Below the pieces are notes generated by a model. The model was not told the DNA's origin. It did not search any database and saw only the letters and a program-made list of their open reading frames with translations. From Octopus sinensis (taxonomy: Eukaryota), in NCBI RefSeq assembly GCF_006345805.1, contig NC_043018.1, positions 17,980,001-18,044,000 of the forward strand: a DNA stretch of 64,000 bases, given 5' to 3'. Shown here in pieces: positions 53,351-64,000 of the stretch. The translations under genes were made by a program, and so were the position numbers. How positions within the stretch are numbered: the stretch's first letter is position 1; each line of letters starts with the position of its first letter.

Positions 53351-53680
53351 GAAATATTAAAATTACTAAGTCTCTATAAAATGTAGCTGTCGGACTGGCA
53401 GTGTGAAGCGGCTGACCTCCCTTGTTCGAAGGTTATAATGGATACAGATCGTGTATCAATAGCTATCTTGATGGTGGTGGCCTCATGGAGCTGACCAGCG
53501 GCAGCGATTATTCTTATATCTATAAGAATGCCATATTAATATGGCGATAACAATTAACAATTAATATATATATATATAAATCTTTGTATATGTATGTATG
53601 TATATATATGTATATATGTATATATATGTATATGTATATATGTATATGTATATATATGTATATGTATATACATATATATA

Positions 53681-53760
<80 letters not shown>

Positions 53761-53951
53761 AGATTTCACGAAAAAAAAACAAAAAGACGAAGACAGGTGG
53801 TGTACAAAACAAACAGATGTATTAGTATAACGCTCAGGAATATGAATATATGTATGTATATATATATATATTATATATACATACATATATATACATATAC
53901 ATATGTATATACATATACATATATCTACATATACATACACACGCACACACT

Positions 53952-53982
<31 letters not shown>

Positions 53983-54211
53983 GTACGTATACATGTATAC
54001 ATGTGCCCGCGCGTGTGTAAATATACGCACTCATCTATTAGGATTTCTACCAGTAACGGCAACTATGTTATCATTGAAATTCATTTCTCTATAGCTATAA
54101 TTATATACATATAAATATCTATTCATTTACACACATTGACTCATACTGACCCAGTTATATGCACTCTCATATGTATGTGTGTTTGCATGAATTTGTATGA
54201 AAAATCTCACG

Positions 54212-54547
54212 TATAGATGGATTCCCAGGTTGCTCACACCTTTCCAGAAGCAAGAACGCGTTGAGTGCTCGAGGATGAATTTGGAGATGTGCCAAGAAGA
54301 TGAGTTAAAATTTTTCAAAAGATTGATTACACAGGATGAAACCTGGGTCCATCACTATGATCTAGAGCCCAAAGCCCAGTCAATGCAGTGGAAGCACCGT
54401 GACTCACCTCCTCCAAAGAAGGCAAGGGTGCAGCCCTCCGCTGGTAAGGTCATGCTCACAGTCTTCTGGGACCAGGACGGAATAGTGATGACAGGTTTCC
54501 TGGCAAAGGGTACCACAATTACAGGAGCCTATTATGCTTCACTTTAA
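54212..54547 (+). mobile_element. Mariner transposase middle fragment
   Basis: RWIPRLL (WVPHEL-type motif), ITQDETWVHHYD (first catalytic D), KVMLTVFWD...GTTITGAYY. Confidence 0.9.
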
Positions 54548-56502
54548 TATATGCATGTATGTAAAGTCCCTCTCAAGCACTGCTGGTCGATAGAGGTTTA
54601 CCCTTCCTCCATATTTCAGATCTTCTGTCTGTGTTGCGAACAATAAGTATTAGATTTGCATTTGCCCTGAGTAAATTTTGATTTATACTCTTAAATATTT
54701 CATTTCTTTTTTCTTGATTCGATTTGACCTCTGTAGATATTAACACTTTCTGTGCCGTGGGATATTAATAGCTGTTTTCATAATAAATTGGATCAATATT
54801 TCTATATGCTTTTGTCTCGTATTCAATTAAAACAAGATGTTTTAATTGAATATTTTTTTTAAAAGGAAATTTACGCAAATATATTTTTTATCTGTTTGCT
54901 TCTTGTTGCAATTATATTTGTATAAATATTGAATAAGCAAAGCAAAACTCACAAACACAAAAGAAAAATAAATATCGTAACAGTAGATACATAGTTTGGA
55001 GAAGGCAAACATTTCGTTTTCTGAATAAAGTTTGTTAAGTAAACCTAAGCACTACTCATGTGAAAACAATAACAACAGCAACAAAAGCATTTGAAACTCT
55101 CACACAGACACAAGTATTTCTTACCAAGGCAACCACAGTAACTCATCTGCAGATAGTACATGATGTTCTGTATATCTAACTATCACAACCACACGGAAAC
55201 AAGCTCCCCTGCTTTTCTATAACCATGTTACCGCTTACAGGATGATACACCCACTCAGTAAACAAAATATTTTTTGCTGAGCTTCAGAAGAGTCTAGAAG
55301 AACCACTTTTATCAGAAAACGACATTGTTTATAGAATTTAGCTAAAAATCATCAATTCTACCCCAGAACCTACACTCAATAGAATAATTATGGAAGCATT
55401 CAAAACATTCTGGAAGCAATCGAACTCCTAATCACATGACCATAATTATACAAACGAAAGAAATATCACAAAATGAAAGCAAAGCCACATTCAGTAAAAA
55501 AAAAAAGCCCTGCTTATTTCATCTCTTTATAGACTGTAGAGATATCACAATGAAGATATCTACAGGGAAATCACACCTTCAGATCGCAGCTAAATAACGA
55601 AATATAACTATGTAAGAATCACACCCATGTAATAACCGCACCTAAATAACGAAGCATTATTACACAGAGATCATTACTTAATGACCACAACTAAATAATG
55701 TAACAAAATTACAACAAAACCACTATAGTTTATTGCTCAAGCAATCTCTACAAGAACTACAATAACTCTCAAACAACCAGAGGAACGATCCCTCTCATCG
55801 CTTAACATACTGGTTACATCATACTAAAAGCATTAACACTTCCATTTAGTGCAGACAAACATAAAAAACATCCATATACATTTAAATAGCAGCAGAATCA
55901 ATATCTCCTTGGACATCAAACCTGTTAATTGTAAAGAAACCATCACAATAACTGTCAAATAGGGATTGTGTCCAACTGTCAGCTTTTAATCACGATAAGA
56001 ATCTGCCACTAGCGTTCTTGAGCCATTGAAGGAGACTCCACCCAGTCACTTGATCTACTAGAAATAGCAGTCAAATCTCCCTCAAAGCACACTATACCAT
56101 CTTACGGAAATGACATTATAATTTAATCCAATATATTTATACGAGATGGACACGGTTGAAGCGCCTTTATGCACAGCTTTACTCGACCAGATTTAATTTG
56201 AACATAACATCAATTATTAGGTAAGAAGCGAGTATCCATGTAGACGCTCCACCTGTTAGAAATAGCAGCCAACTTTTCACAGATTATATCCTACCTTTTC
56301 AAAGGAGAAAGAGGGCATTAGGTTCTATACTTCTGGATGTATGAAAGGCCGTGTTAGTCACGGTTGGAATGCCGCACTGCAACGAATCACAACAAGTGTG
56401 AGAGTTCAGTCAGTGTGTTTGCTGGGCGAAGACTTTGTGTATTCATGGATTACACCCAAATCGATTGATTGATAATTTCGTGGGAGATCCACTTATATGG
56501 AG

Positions 56503-56800
56503 GTAAACACCACCACCAACATCACCATCAACACCACCACATCACCACCACCACCAACAACAACAACAACCATAACAACAACGACAACGACAACTCCATC
56601 ATCGTCACCGCCTCCACGATCAACAGCAACAACAACAACGACAACAACAATCACCGCCACCACCACCACCAACAACAACAACAACCATAACAACAACGAC
56701 AACGACAACTCCATCATCGTCACCGCCTCCACGATCAACAGCAACAACAACAACAACAACAACAATCACCGCCACCACCACCACCACTACCACTACCACA
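56503..56800. repeat. (CAA)/(CAC) compound microsatellite with a ~117-bp internal tandem duplication
   Basis: CTCCATCATCGTCACCGCCTCCACGATCAACAGC occurs twice. Confidence 0.85.
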
Positions 56801-56831
56801 ACGTCAGCGAATGCAATATATCAAAGACAAT

Positions 56832-57219
56832 GGATGGAAGCACTCCGTCGGTTACGACGACGAGGGTTCCGGTTGATCCGATCAACGGAACAGCCTGCTC
56901 GTGAAATTAACGTGTAAGTGGCTGAGCACTCCACAGACACGTGTACTCTTAACGTAGTTCTCGGGGATATTCAGCGTGACACAGAGAGTGACAAGGCCGG
57001 CCCCTTGAAATACAGGTACAACAGAAACAGGAAGAAAGAGTGAGAGAAAGTTGTGGTGAAAGAGTACAGCAGGGATCACCGCACCATCCCCTGCCGGAGC
57101 CTCGCGGAGCTTTAGGTGTTTTCGCTCAATAAACACTCACAACGCCCGGTCTGGGAATCGAAACCGCGATCCTATGACCGCGAGGCCGCTGCCCTAACCA
57201 CTGGGCCATTGCGCCTCCC
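56832..57219 (-). mobile_element. SINE family C
   Basis: Full copy; TSD ATCAAAGACAAT (56820-56831, 57220-57231). Confidence 0.9.
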
Positions 57220-58346
57220 ATCAAAGACAATATTTAAATAAGGAATGGAATTCCTTCGTGCGCCAGTATTAAGAATCAAATAACCATCGAAGTTTTCGTT
57301 GTCGTTTAGCACCAAACCAGCCATCCATCCATCCTAATTAGTCGAACATTGTCTACCTGAGAGTATATCGTTCAGTGTGTGTCATTTGACCTGGATTCGT
57401 GTGTCAATTCAGTAGCTGATCAATCGATCACAAAGATGTTCCCCATATCGAGTCATCGTAGTTTTTGTTTTCACAAAGTTTCTGAAATTCAAGAATCTCC
57501 GCCAGATGGAGCTCGTCTCTCGGTTAGCTAACTTACGTATGGAAGACCGGTGAACAGCGGAGTTTCATTCTGCTGGACAAATCTACACGGAGACAAATCT
57601 ACACTACAAATCTATCCCGAAAAATCTACACGGAGACACGAACTGTTTCTCCTGTAAGATAGCTTCATCCTAGCTGTACTTTTTTCACGCTGTTCGGATC
57701 TTTTGCCAGGGATGAGCCCTACTTTCAATATGATGATGATGGGTTGGGGAAATCGAGTGCAAACATTCAACAATCTTGTCGATACATTTAATGATAAAAA
57801 TGGAAGAAAAAACAAACACAGTAAAATATCTCACGAATGAAATCTTGATTCAGTTATACAAATTCTTCCAATTTCACGGCCCACAGCAAACAATTAAATT
57901 CATTAAGTTTATTAAAGGAAGTAATTTGCATTTCTATAATGGATATTCAGTGTTTCATTAGAAGGTGCGATCGTTGTGAGCGTATTTTCATGAAGTTTTA
58001 GTAAACAATAAAAAAACGCAAATAAAAAGGAATTAAAATAAATGGGTAAAAAATAAAAAAAAATTAAACAATGAAAAACAAAGAAAAGAACAAAGAATCA
58101 AGAAAACTAAAATACAAAAGTAAAAGATCGAAAAAATTTGCTAGAGTTTCAAATTGAAGAAAAATAAAAGAACAAAAATTAAAGAAACAAAGATTTTAAG
58201 AAAATTAATGGAAAAATAAATTGAATAAAATGAAGAAACGAGGACAAACCAACTTGAAAATATTTTATCAGATGTGACAGATAAACAAGACTGGAAGTAT
58301 ATGAGATACCACACACACACGCACACACACACACGCACACACACAC

Positions 58347-58377
<31 letters not shown>

Positions 58378-58488
58378 TATGTATGTTGGTAGGTATATAT
58401 ATATATATATGTTTGTGTGTATATATATATGTATATATACATATATATATATACATATACATACATATAGATATATCTATCTAACTAT

Positions 58489-58525
<37 letters not shown>

Positions 58526-58532
<7 letters not shown>

Positions 58533-58831
58533 ATCCCGTGACCGACCAGGCTATCAGATGTTGCTACACATCGCTGGTCACAATGCGCTTCGCATTGTTT
58601 TAGCCTTCAAATAACGCCACGCGCTGGCTAAACGAGCAGGCCAACAGAAGAAAGAGTGAGAGAAAGTTGCGGCGAAAGAGTACAGCAGGGATCGCTACCA
58701 CCCCCTGCCGGAGCCTCGTGGAGCTTTAGGTGTTTTCGCTCAATAAACACTCACAACGCCCGGTCTGGAAATCGAAACCGCGATCCTACGACCGCGAGTC
58801 CGCTGCCCTAACCACTGGGCCATTGCGCCTC

Positions 58832-58909
<78 letters not shown>

Positions 58910-59206
58910 ATCCGTGACCGACCAGCTATCAGATGTTGCTACACATCGCTGGTCACAATGCGCTTCGCATTGTTTTAGCCTTCAAATAACGCCACCCGCT
59001 GGCTAAACGAGCAGGCCAACAGAAGAAAGAGTGAGAGAAAGTTGCGGCGAAAGAGTACAGCAGGGATCGCTACCACCCCCTGCCGGAGCCTCGTGGAGCT
59101 TTAGGTGTTTTCGCTCAATAAACACTCACAACGCCCGGTCTGGAAATCGAAACCGCGATCCTACGACCGCGAGTCCGCTGCCCTAACCACTGGGCCATTG
59201 CGCCTC
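58526..59206 (-). mobile_element. Two tandem copies of SINE family E (C-type tRNA head, different 3' tail; octopus OK-like)
   Basis: 58526-58832 and 58903-59206 are near-identical; the head equals family C up to CTTTCTCTCACTCTT, then an unrelated tail ending GGTCACGGGATCACGTGA + (TA)n. Confidence 0.85.
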
Positions 59207-60305
59207 ACACACACACACACACACACACCACACACACACATATATATATATATATACACGCATATATGTGTATATGTAAGCATGTATGTATATTAATGTT
59301 TAATGAGAAGAGAAACGACTGTCGCTTATAGATTTGAAGGGTTTTTAATAGCGCTGGTATACATACGTACGTACATGCATACATACATACATGCATACAC
59401 CCACCAATACACGCATATATAATGCATATACTCTATAAGACGCTGCTGAATTAGATGAAAGAAAATAAGACGCCTAAACTTTTGTCTACAAAGAGAACTA
59501 AAAGGTTTTGGAATGCTTTAAGTTGTCCCCACACACGCCAACTATAACAGCAATTCATTGAAAAGTTTTCAGCCAATATTTTGCACTGAAAAATCAGTAG
59601 ATATGACTGACAATGTCATTATTGAAGAGTGCGGTCGAGTAAAAGTATTCAGAATGAAAATTTGGTTTATCAATAATTGTGAAGAGAAAGAATCATTTTA
59701 TGGAAAAACTGATGATGCAACATAAAGCAGAAGATTTTACAAAGCAAAAGGGCGAAGGAAACATTTTGCACCAACGGAAGAGGAAGAGTTTAAAGAGGTA
59801 GAAAATGCGAGAGTAAACTGTATTGAATCCCGTCCATGGTGATAAAGTGCTGAACTGCGGATAAATGTAAAATGGCCCTAAATTAATGCAAAATAATCTC
59901 CCGAAATTGTTTACAACGAAAAGAGAAACGCTTTATTTTCGTGCCATGCACGAATATACATTTCATTTTAAAAATGAACATTTCAAAGGACTTAAAATTT
60001 GAACAGAAGGAGATGACAGCATTGTTTTACGGTAATATGAAACGACAAAAACAGAGCATCTGATGTTTGCAAAAACAAGTTTGAAAAAAAAAGTCCTTGG
60101 TGTTTTACGGGTGTTTAGAGTTTGTTTGTTCATTAACGTTTTATATAATGCGTTTATGACTTTTTAATAACTGCATATTTCAATGAGATTTAGAATTAAA
60201 GCAATACTTGTCATGTTAGTTGACAATTTACGGCACACACAAATGATTTGCCATTCAGTAACATCAAACTAATTTTCCTGCTTTCGAACAATACATAATT
60301 AAATC

Positions 60306-60326
60306 AGTCACGTGACTAAGACGTCA
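60306..60326. promoter_or_regulatory. Palindromic E-box/CLEAR-like site AGTCACGTGACT next to CRE-like GACGTCA
   Basis: Exact motifs in a repeat-free AT-rich stretch; function unproven. Confidence 0.25.
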
Positions 60327-60686
60327 TACCAGATTTAAAAGCTTATTAATCGAAGAGAAATATTTTTCAAAAATATTAAACAAATTCAAAGAGAATTTAA
60401 TGCAAATGTAATTTCAGAACAGATTTCATTTCTTGAGGCATTTATATCTGCTAGCAATACTATAGCAGCAAGTCCCAGAGAAAGCAGTTCAGAAGTATTT
60501 TTTGTTTTTGAAAAAAAAAAAACCCAGATTTTTGTAAAGAAGTGCTAAAAATTTTGTTCACAAATTAGAGGTTTGTAATATTAAATTCTTGCAAGCACGC
60601 TAGACGATATACGAGAAGAATATTGAAAATGGTTGGCAGCTGAGGTAAAGCTGCTAACGTTGTAGATTTGAAATTAGAAGAGGAAG

Positions 60687-61100
60687 AAGGGGAGCTGAGA
60701 GAAACGTTAGCACGCCGGGCGAGATGCTTCGCGGTATTTCGTCTGCCGTTACGTTCTGAGTTCAAATTCCGCCGAGGTCAACTTTGCATTTCATCCTTTC
60801 GGGGTCGATTAAATAAGTACCAGTTACGCACTGAGGTCGATGTAATCGACTTAATCCGTTTGTCTGTCCTTGTTTGTCCCCTCTGTGTTTAGCCCCTTGT
60901 GGGTAACAAAGAAATAGGTATTTCGTCTGCCGTTACGTTCTGAGTTCAAATTCCGCCGAGGTCAACTTTGCCTTTCATCTTTTCGGGGTCGATTAAATAA
61001 GTACCAGTTACGCACTGGGGTCGATGTAATCGACTTAATCCGTTTGTCTGTCCTTGTTTGTCCACTCCATGTTTAGCCCCTTGTGGATAGTAAAGAAATA
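60687..61100 (+). mobile_element. SINE family B, 1.7-mer
   Basis: Second unit begins at GGTATTTCGTCTG (60917), the same junction as 10433. Confidence 0.85.
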
Positions 61101-61817
61101 AGAAGTGGAGGAACCAATAGCACATGGCAATTCCGAAGCTGTCTCACCCAGAGCACAAATGGAAGAATCTTAAAAAATATTTTGTCGCAGATACCAGGAT
61201 AATCTGAAACGAAATAGGTTTACAAAAAAAAAACACATTAATAAACTAATAAATGTAAACAATACCCAATCAACAGCGGGTAAACTTATTAAATAATTTT
61301 AATTAATAAATCGAATAAGTAATTATTTGGTTTGGAGCCAATTAATTAATTAATTATTAATCTTTTATCATGTAAAATAGTTGAGAGCAATGAAGATAAA
61401 CAGGAGGAACTCGTGTGGAAATTTCACGTATCACATAACCGTTAATCTTCATTTGACAAATACCATACATTGAGGATGTAAATTAATCATAAGATACATG
61501 TATGAAGAGGATGCATGGCCGAGTGACCAAGGCTGGGTCGTAGTTTTAAATACTGGAGCAAGTGGTATGTTGTGTTCCTGAGCAAAACCCTTCATCTCAC
61601 GTTGTTCTGCAATTATCTCGACACCTGACGTATGGTATACCGTGTACCTGTACAAGTAGCGTTGTATTGATGAAAGGAGTGAGCTGATGTACAGCAGATA
61701 CATATATGATTACTATAAACGAATTATCTGTGTTTAGCAATCAATTGCAGAACCATCTTTCTCGGTCTACAAGGGACAACTACCATTACATTTATGAATT
61801 ATTATAATGCAGTTCAC

Positions 61818-62035
61818 AAGGCGGTGAGATAACTGGATCGCTAGTGCGTCGGACAAAATGTTCAGCGGTATTTTTCTCAGCTCTTTACATTCTGAGTTCA
61901 AATGCCACCGAGGTGGACTTTACTCTTCATCCTTTCGGGATCGATAAAGTTAAGTACTAGTTAAGTACCGGAGTCTCTGTAATTGACTAACTCCTCGCCT
62001 GAAAACTCTTGTGCTTGTTCCAACATTAGAAATAA
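61818..62035 (+). mobile_element. SINE family B (old, alternative tail)
   Basis: AAGGCGGTGAG...TTCTGAGTTCAAATGCCACCGAGG...TTCATCCTTTCGGGATCGATAAA...TTGTTCCAACATTAGAAATAATTATT. Confidence 0.7.
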
Positions 62036-62992
62036 TTATATTGTAGTTGAAGTTCTTTAATTCGAATGCCAGCCAGAGTGACATTTGCTTCTGTTAACTT
62101 GGATGTTTTAACCAATTTACTTATATCATCCGTTTTAGAAAAGAACCAAATGGTCTTTGGAATCTTGTGTTTTAAATACCAGAGATTAAGAATCTGAAAA
62201 AGAATTTCTTTTAGGATCAGGAACTTATTATGATTAAGGAATTTACAATTCTACTTTCTAGTTTCGTTTTTTTTTTTTGGATATATGTTCGATTTCGAAC
62301 AGAAAAAGTAATTCTTTTTTCTATAGAAATATATTGCATTTGATTTATGTTTGAAGAGTATAAATATATTTTCGCTGCATTTATAGTCACCTTTTGCTCG
62401 TAAGTCTATTGAAGCAAGGACCATTTTAAATACATACACATTGCTATGATTATTTTAAAAGCTAATACACCTTTTAAAGTTATTCGTTCTCTGTATCCAT
62501 GGGATTATATTAAAAAATATATTTATAAATCATTGGATTAAAATTATTTTTTTTCTTGTTTTTAAAATTTCATATTCTGAATCTCTGATTATAAAATCAT
62601 AAAATCCAGAAAAGCGGTTATTTTTTTGAAAAACATTGAAAAAATTTAGAGGAATTTTTAATAAAATGGTTAAACGACTAAATACATATTTTGAGGTTTT
62701 TGGCTTTTACAAAACAAGATATCCTAAAGTGAAAAATAGATTTATTAAATAGTTTTTAATGGTACACATTTCATTCCACTAAACATACACACAAAAAAGA
62801 AACAAAAACGAAATAAAAACGAAGTTGATAGTAAAGATGCTTTCAGCGTAAAACAAATAATTTCCTGCCAAGGAAATTTATCGACATTATATTCTATAAT
62901 GACTTTAGCGAAATTATATTCTGTAATGACTTCAGTGCAGTGAAAGTCAGCTTTGGTACTTTACTCAGAAACCTTCCGGGTTTATGACTTAC

Positions 62993-63100
62993 CACGGTTA
63001 CATCTGTCCTTTTCTCTTTAAGTTTACTATAAACAACATCGCCGTTACCAACATTACCATTCATTTTCGCCATTAACTCCATTATCACATCGACAAACAA
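62993..63100 (-). CDS. Candidate coding exon of an unidentified gene (LFVDVI-MELMAKMNGNVGNGDVVYSKLKEKRTDVTV)
   Basis: Acceptor TTTCCTTGTAG| at 63101 (alternatives at 63155 and 63172), donor GTG|GTAAGT at 62992, phase 0, in-frame ATG at 63082; no homology recognised. Confidence 0.3.
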
Positions 63101-63236
63101 CTACAAGGAAACATTCAAATTCAACTTAGCGGCGTCATTATCCAATCAATCTCACTGCAAAAAATTCCAAGCTGTAAAATAATACGTATACATACGTACA
63201 TACTTGCATTGTGAATGCACGCATAAATGTGACTTA

Positions 63237-63750
63237 TCTTTATATATAAAAGTGAAGTTGTGTGAGTGTCTGTCTCCTACGATTTAGATTCCTAACTACT
63301 CCCACATTTTGCGGTGCAGTTTAACCAAAACCGGGTATCTTATAGTCGTGATTCATATCGAGCCCGTCTGAGTATTAGCGCGCGTCTACGATGAGTCTAC
63401 GATTTAAAAAATAATTTAACATCATTTTTTTATTCCATTTTAATGCATAATTTTTCGTGTGTCGATGGCGGCGGAGTTGGCGTCCATGGTCACACCTGCA
63501 TCTGTTTGCTTCTCCCTCTTCTTCCCTCCCTTGTGAAGCTGTGGGGAAGGGAGTGTAAGGAAATCAACGTCGTAAAGCGTTGTCAAGGAGACCAGCGTTC
63601 TTTTAGAACAACGACTTCATGCCTTGAAGACACCAAAACAGAAATGGCTAAGAAAGCCCGAATTGGCATCTATAAGGGAAGTAACTCTCTAAAAATGCTT
63701 ATATAGTTATTTCCCTTACAAACCCGAGCAACGCCGGGCGATACTGCTAG
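63237..63750 (+). mobile_element. Non-autonomous Helitron (514 bp)
   Basis: A|TCTTTATATATAAAAG...CCCGAGCAACGCCGGG...CTAG; same family as 11651-12050. Confidence 0.9.
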
Positions 63751-64000
63751 TCTTTATATATAAAAGTGAAGTTGTGTGAGTGTCTGTCTCCTACGATTTA
63801 GATTCCTAACTACTCCCACATTTTGCGGTGCAGTTTAACCAAAACCGGGTATCTTATAGTCGTGATTCATATCGAGCCCTTCTGGGTATTAGCGCGCGTC
63901 TACGATTAAAAGAAACAATTACCATCATTTTTTCCCATTTTTAATGCATTTTGTTGCTATTATATAAGGGAAGTAACTCTCTAAAAATGCTTATATAGTT
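63751..64000 (+). mobile_element. Second Helitron copy, head-to-tail, running off the window
   Basis: CTAG|TCTTTATATATAAAAGTGAAGTTG junction with no spacer. Confidence 0.9.

Noticed and set aside
56497-56904. Mucin-like Thr/Asn/His-rich ORF
   Set aside because: (CAA)/(CAC) microsatellite running into a SINE-C tail.

Overview
Eukaryotic, AT-rich, repeat-saturated genomic DNA, most likely from an octopus or related coleoid cephalopod. This is inferred from tRNA-derived SINE families resembling the octopus OR1/OR2/OK SINEs, extreme (TA)n/(CA)n/(TATC)n/(AAT)n density, and Dong/R4 and RTE LINE relics. No intact protein-coding gene can be called; nearly all ORFs in the supplied track are microsatellite or SINE artefacts. 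Supported content: dozens of tRNA-SINE copies in at least six modular families (labelled A-F here as working names), two RTE LINE 3' fragments, Dong/R4-type LINE relics, four mariner transposase fragments, three non-autonomous Helitrons (two head-to-tail), and a heavily decayed Ty3/Gypsy pol (RT-RNaseH-IN) with a possible tRNA-Lys PBS. There are also minisatellites, palindromes and a few weak minus-strand exon candidates. The most interesting signal is about ten mostly unrelated type-I hammerhead-ribozyme-like motifs (CUGAnGA...helix II...GAAA-palindrome-NUH). They sit in short, often inverted-repeat, (TA)n-flanked non-coding elements of Penelope/retrozyme type; several have unusually long helix II inserts and one is fused behind a tRNA-like Pol III head. 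All calls are by eye; no database search or folding program was run.
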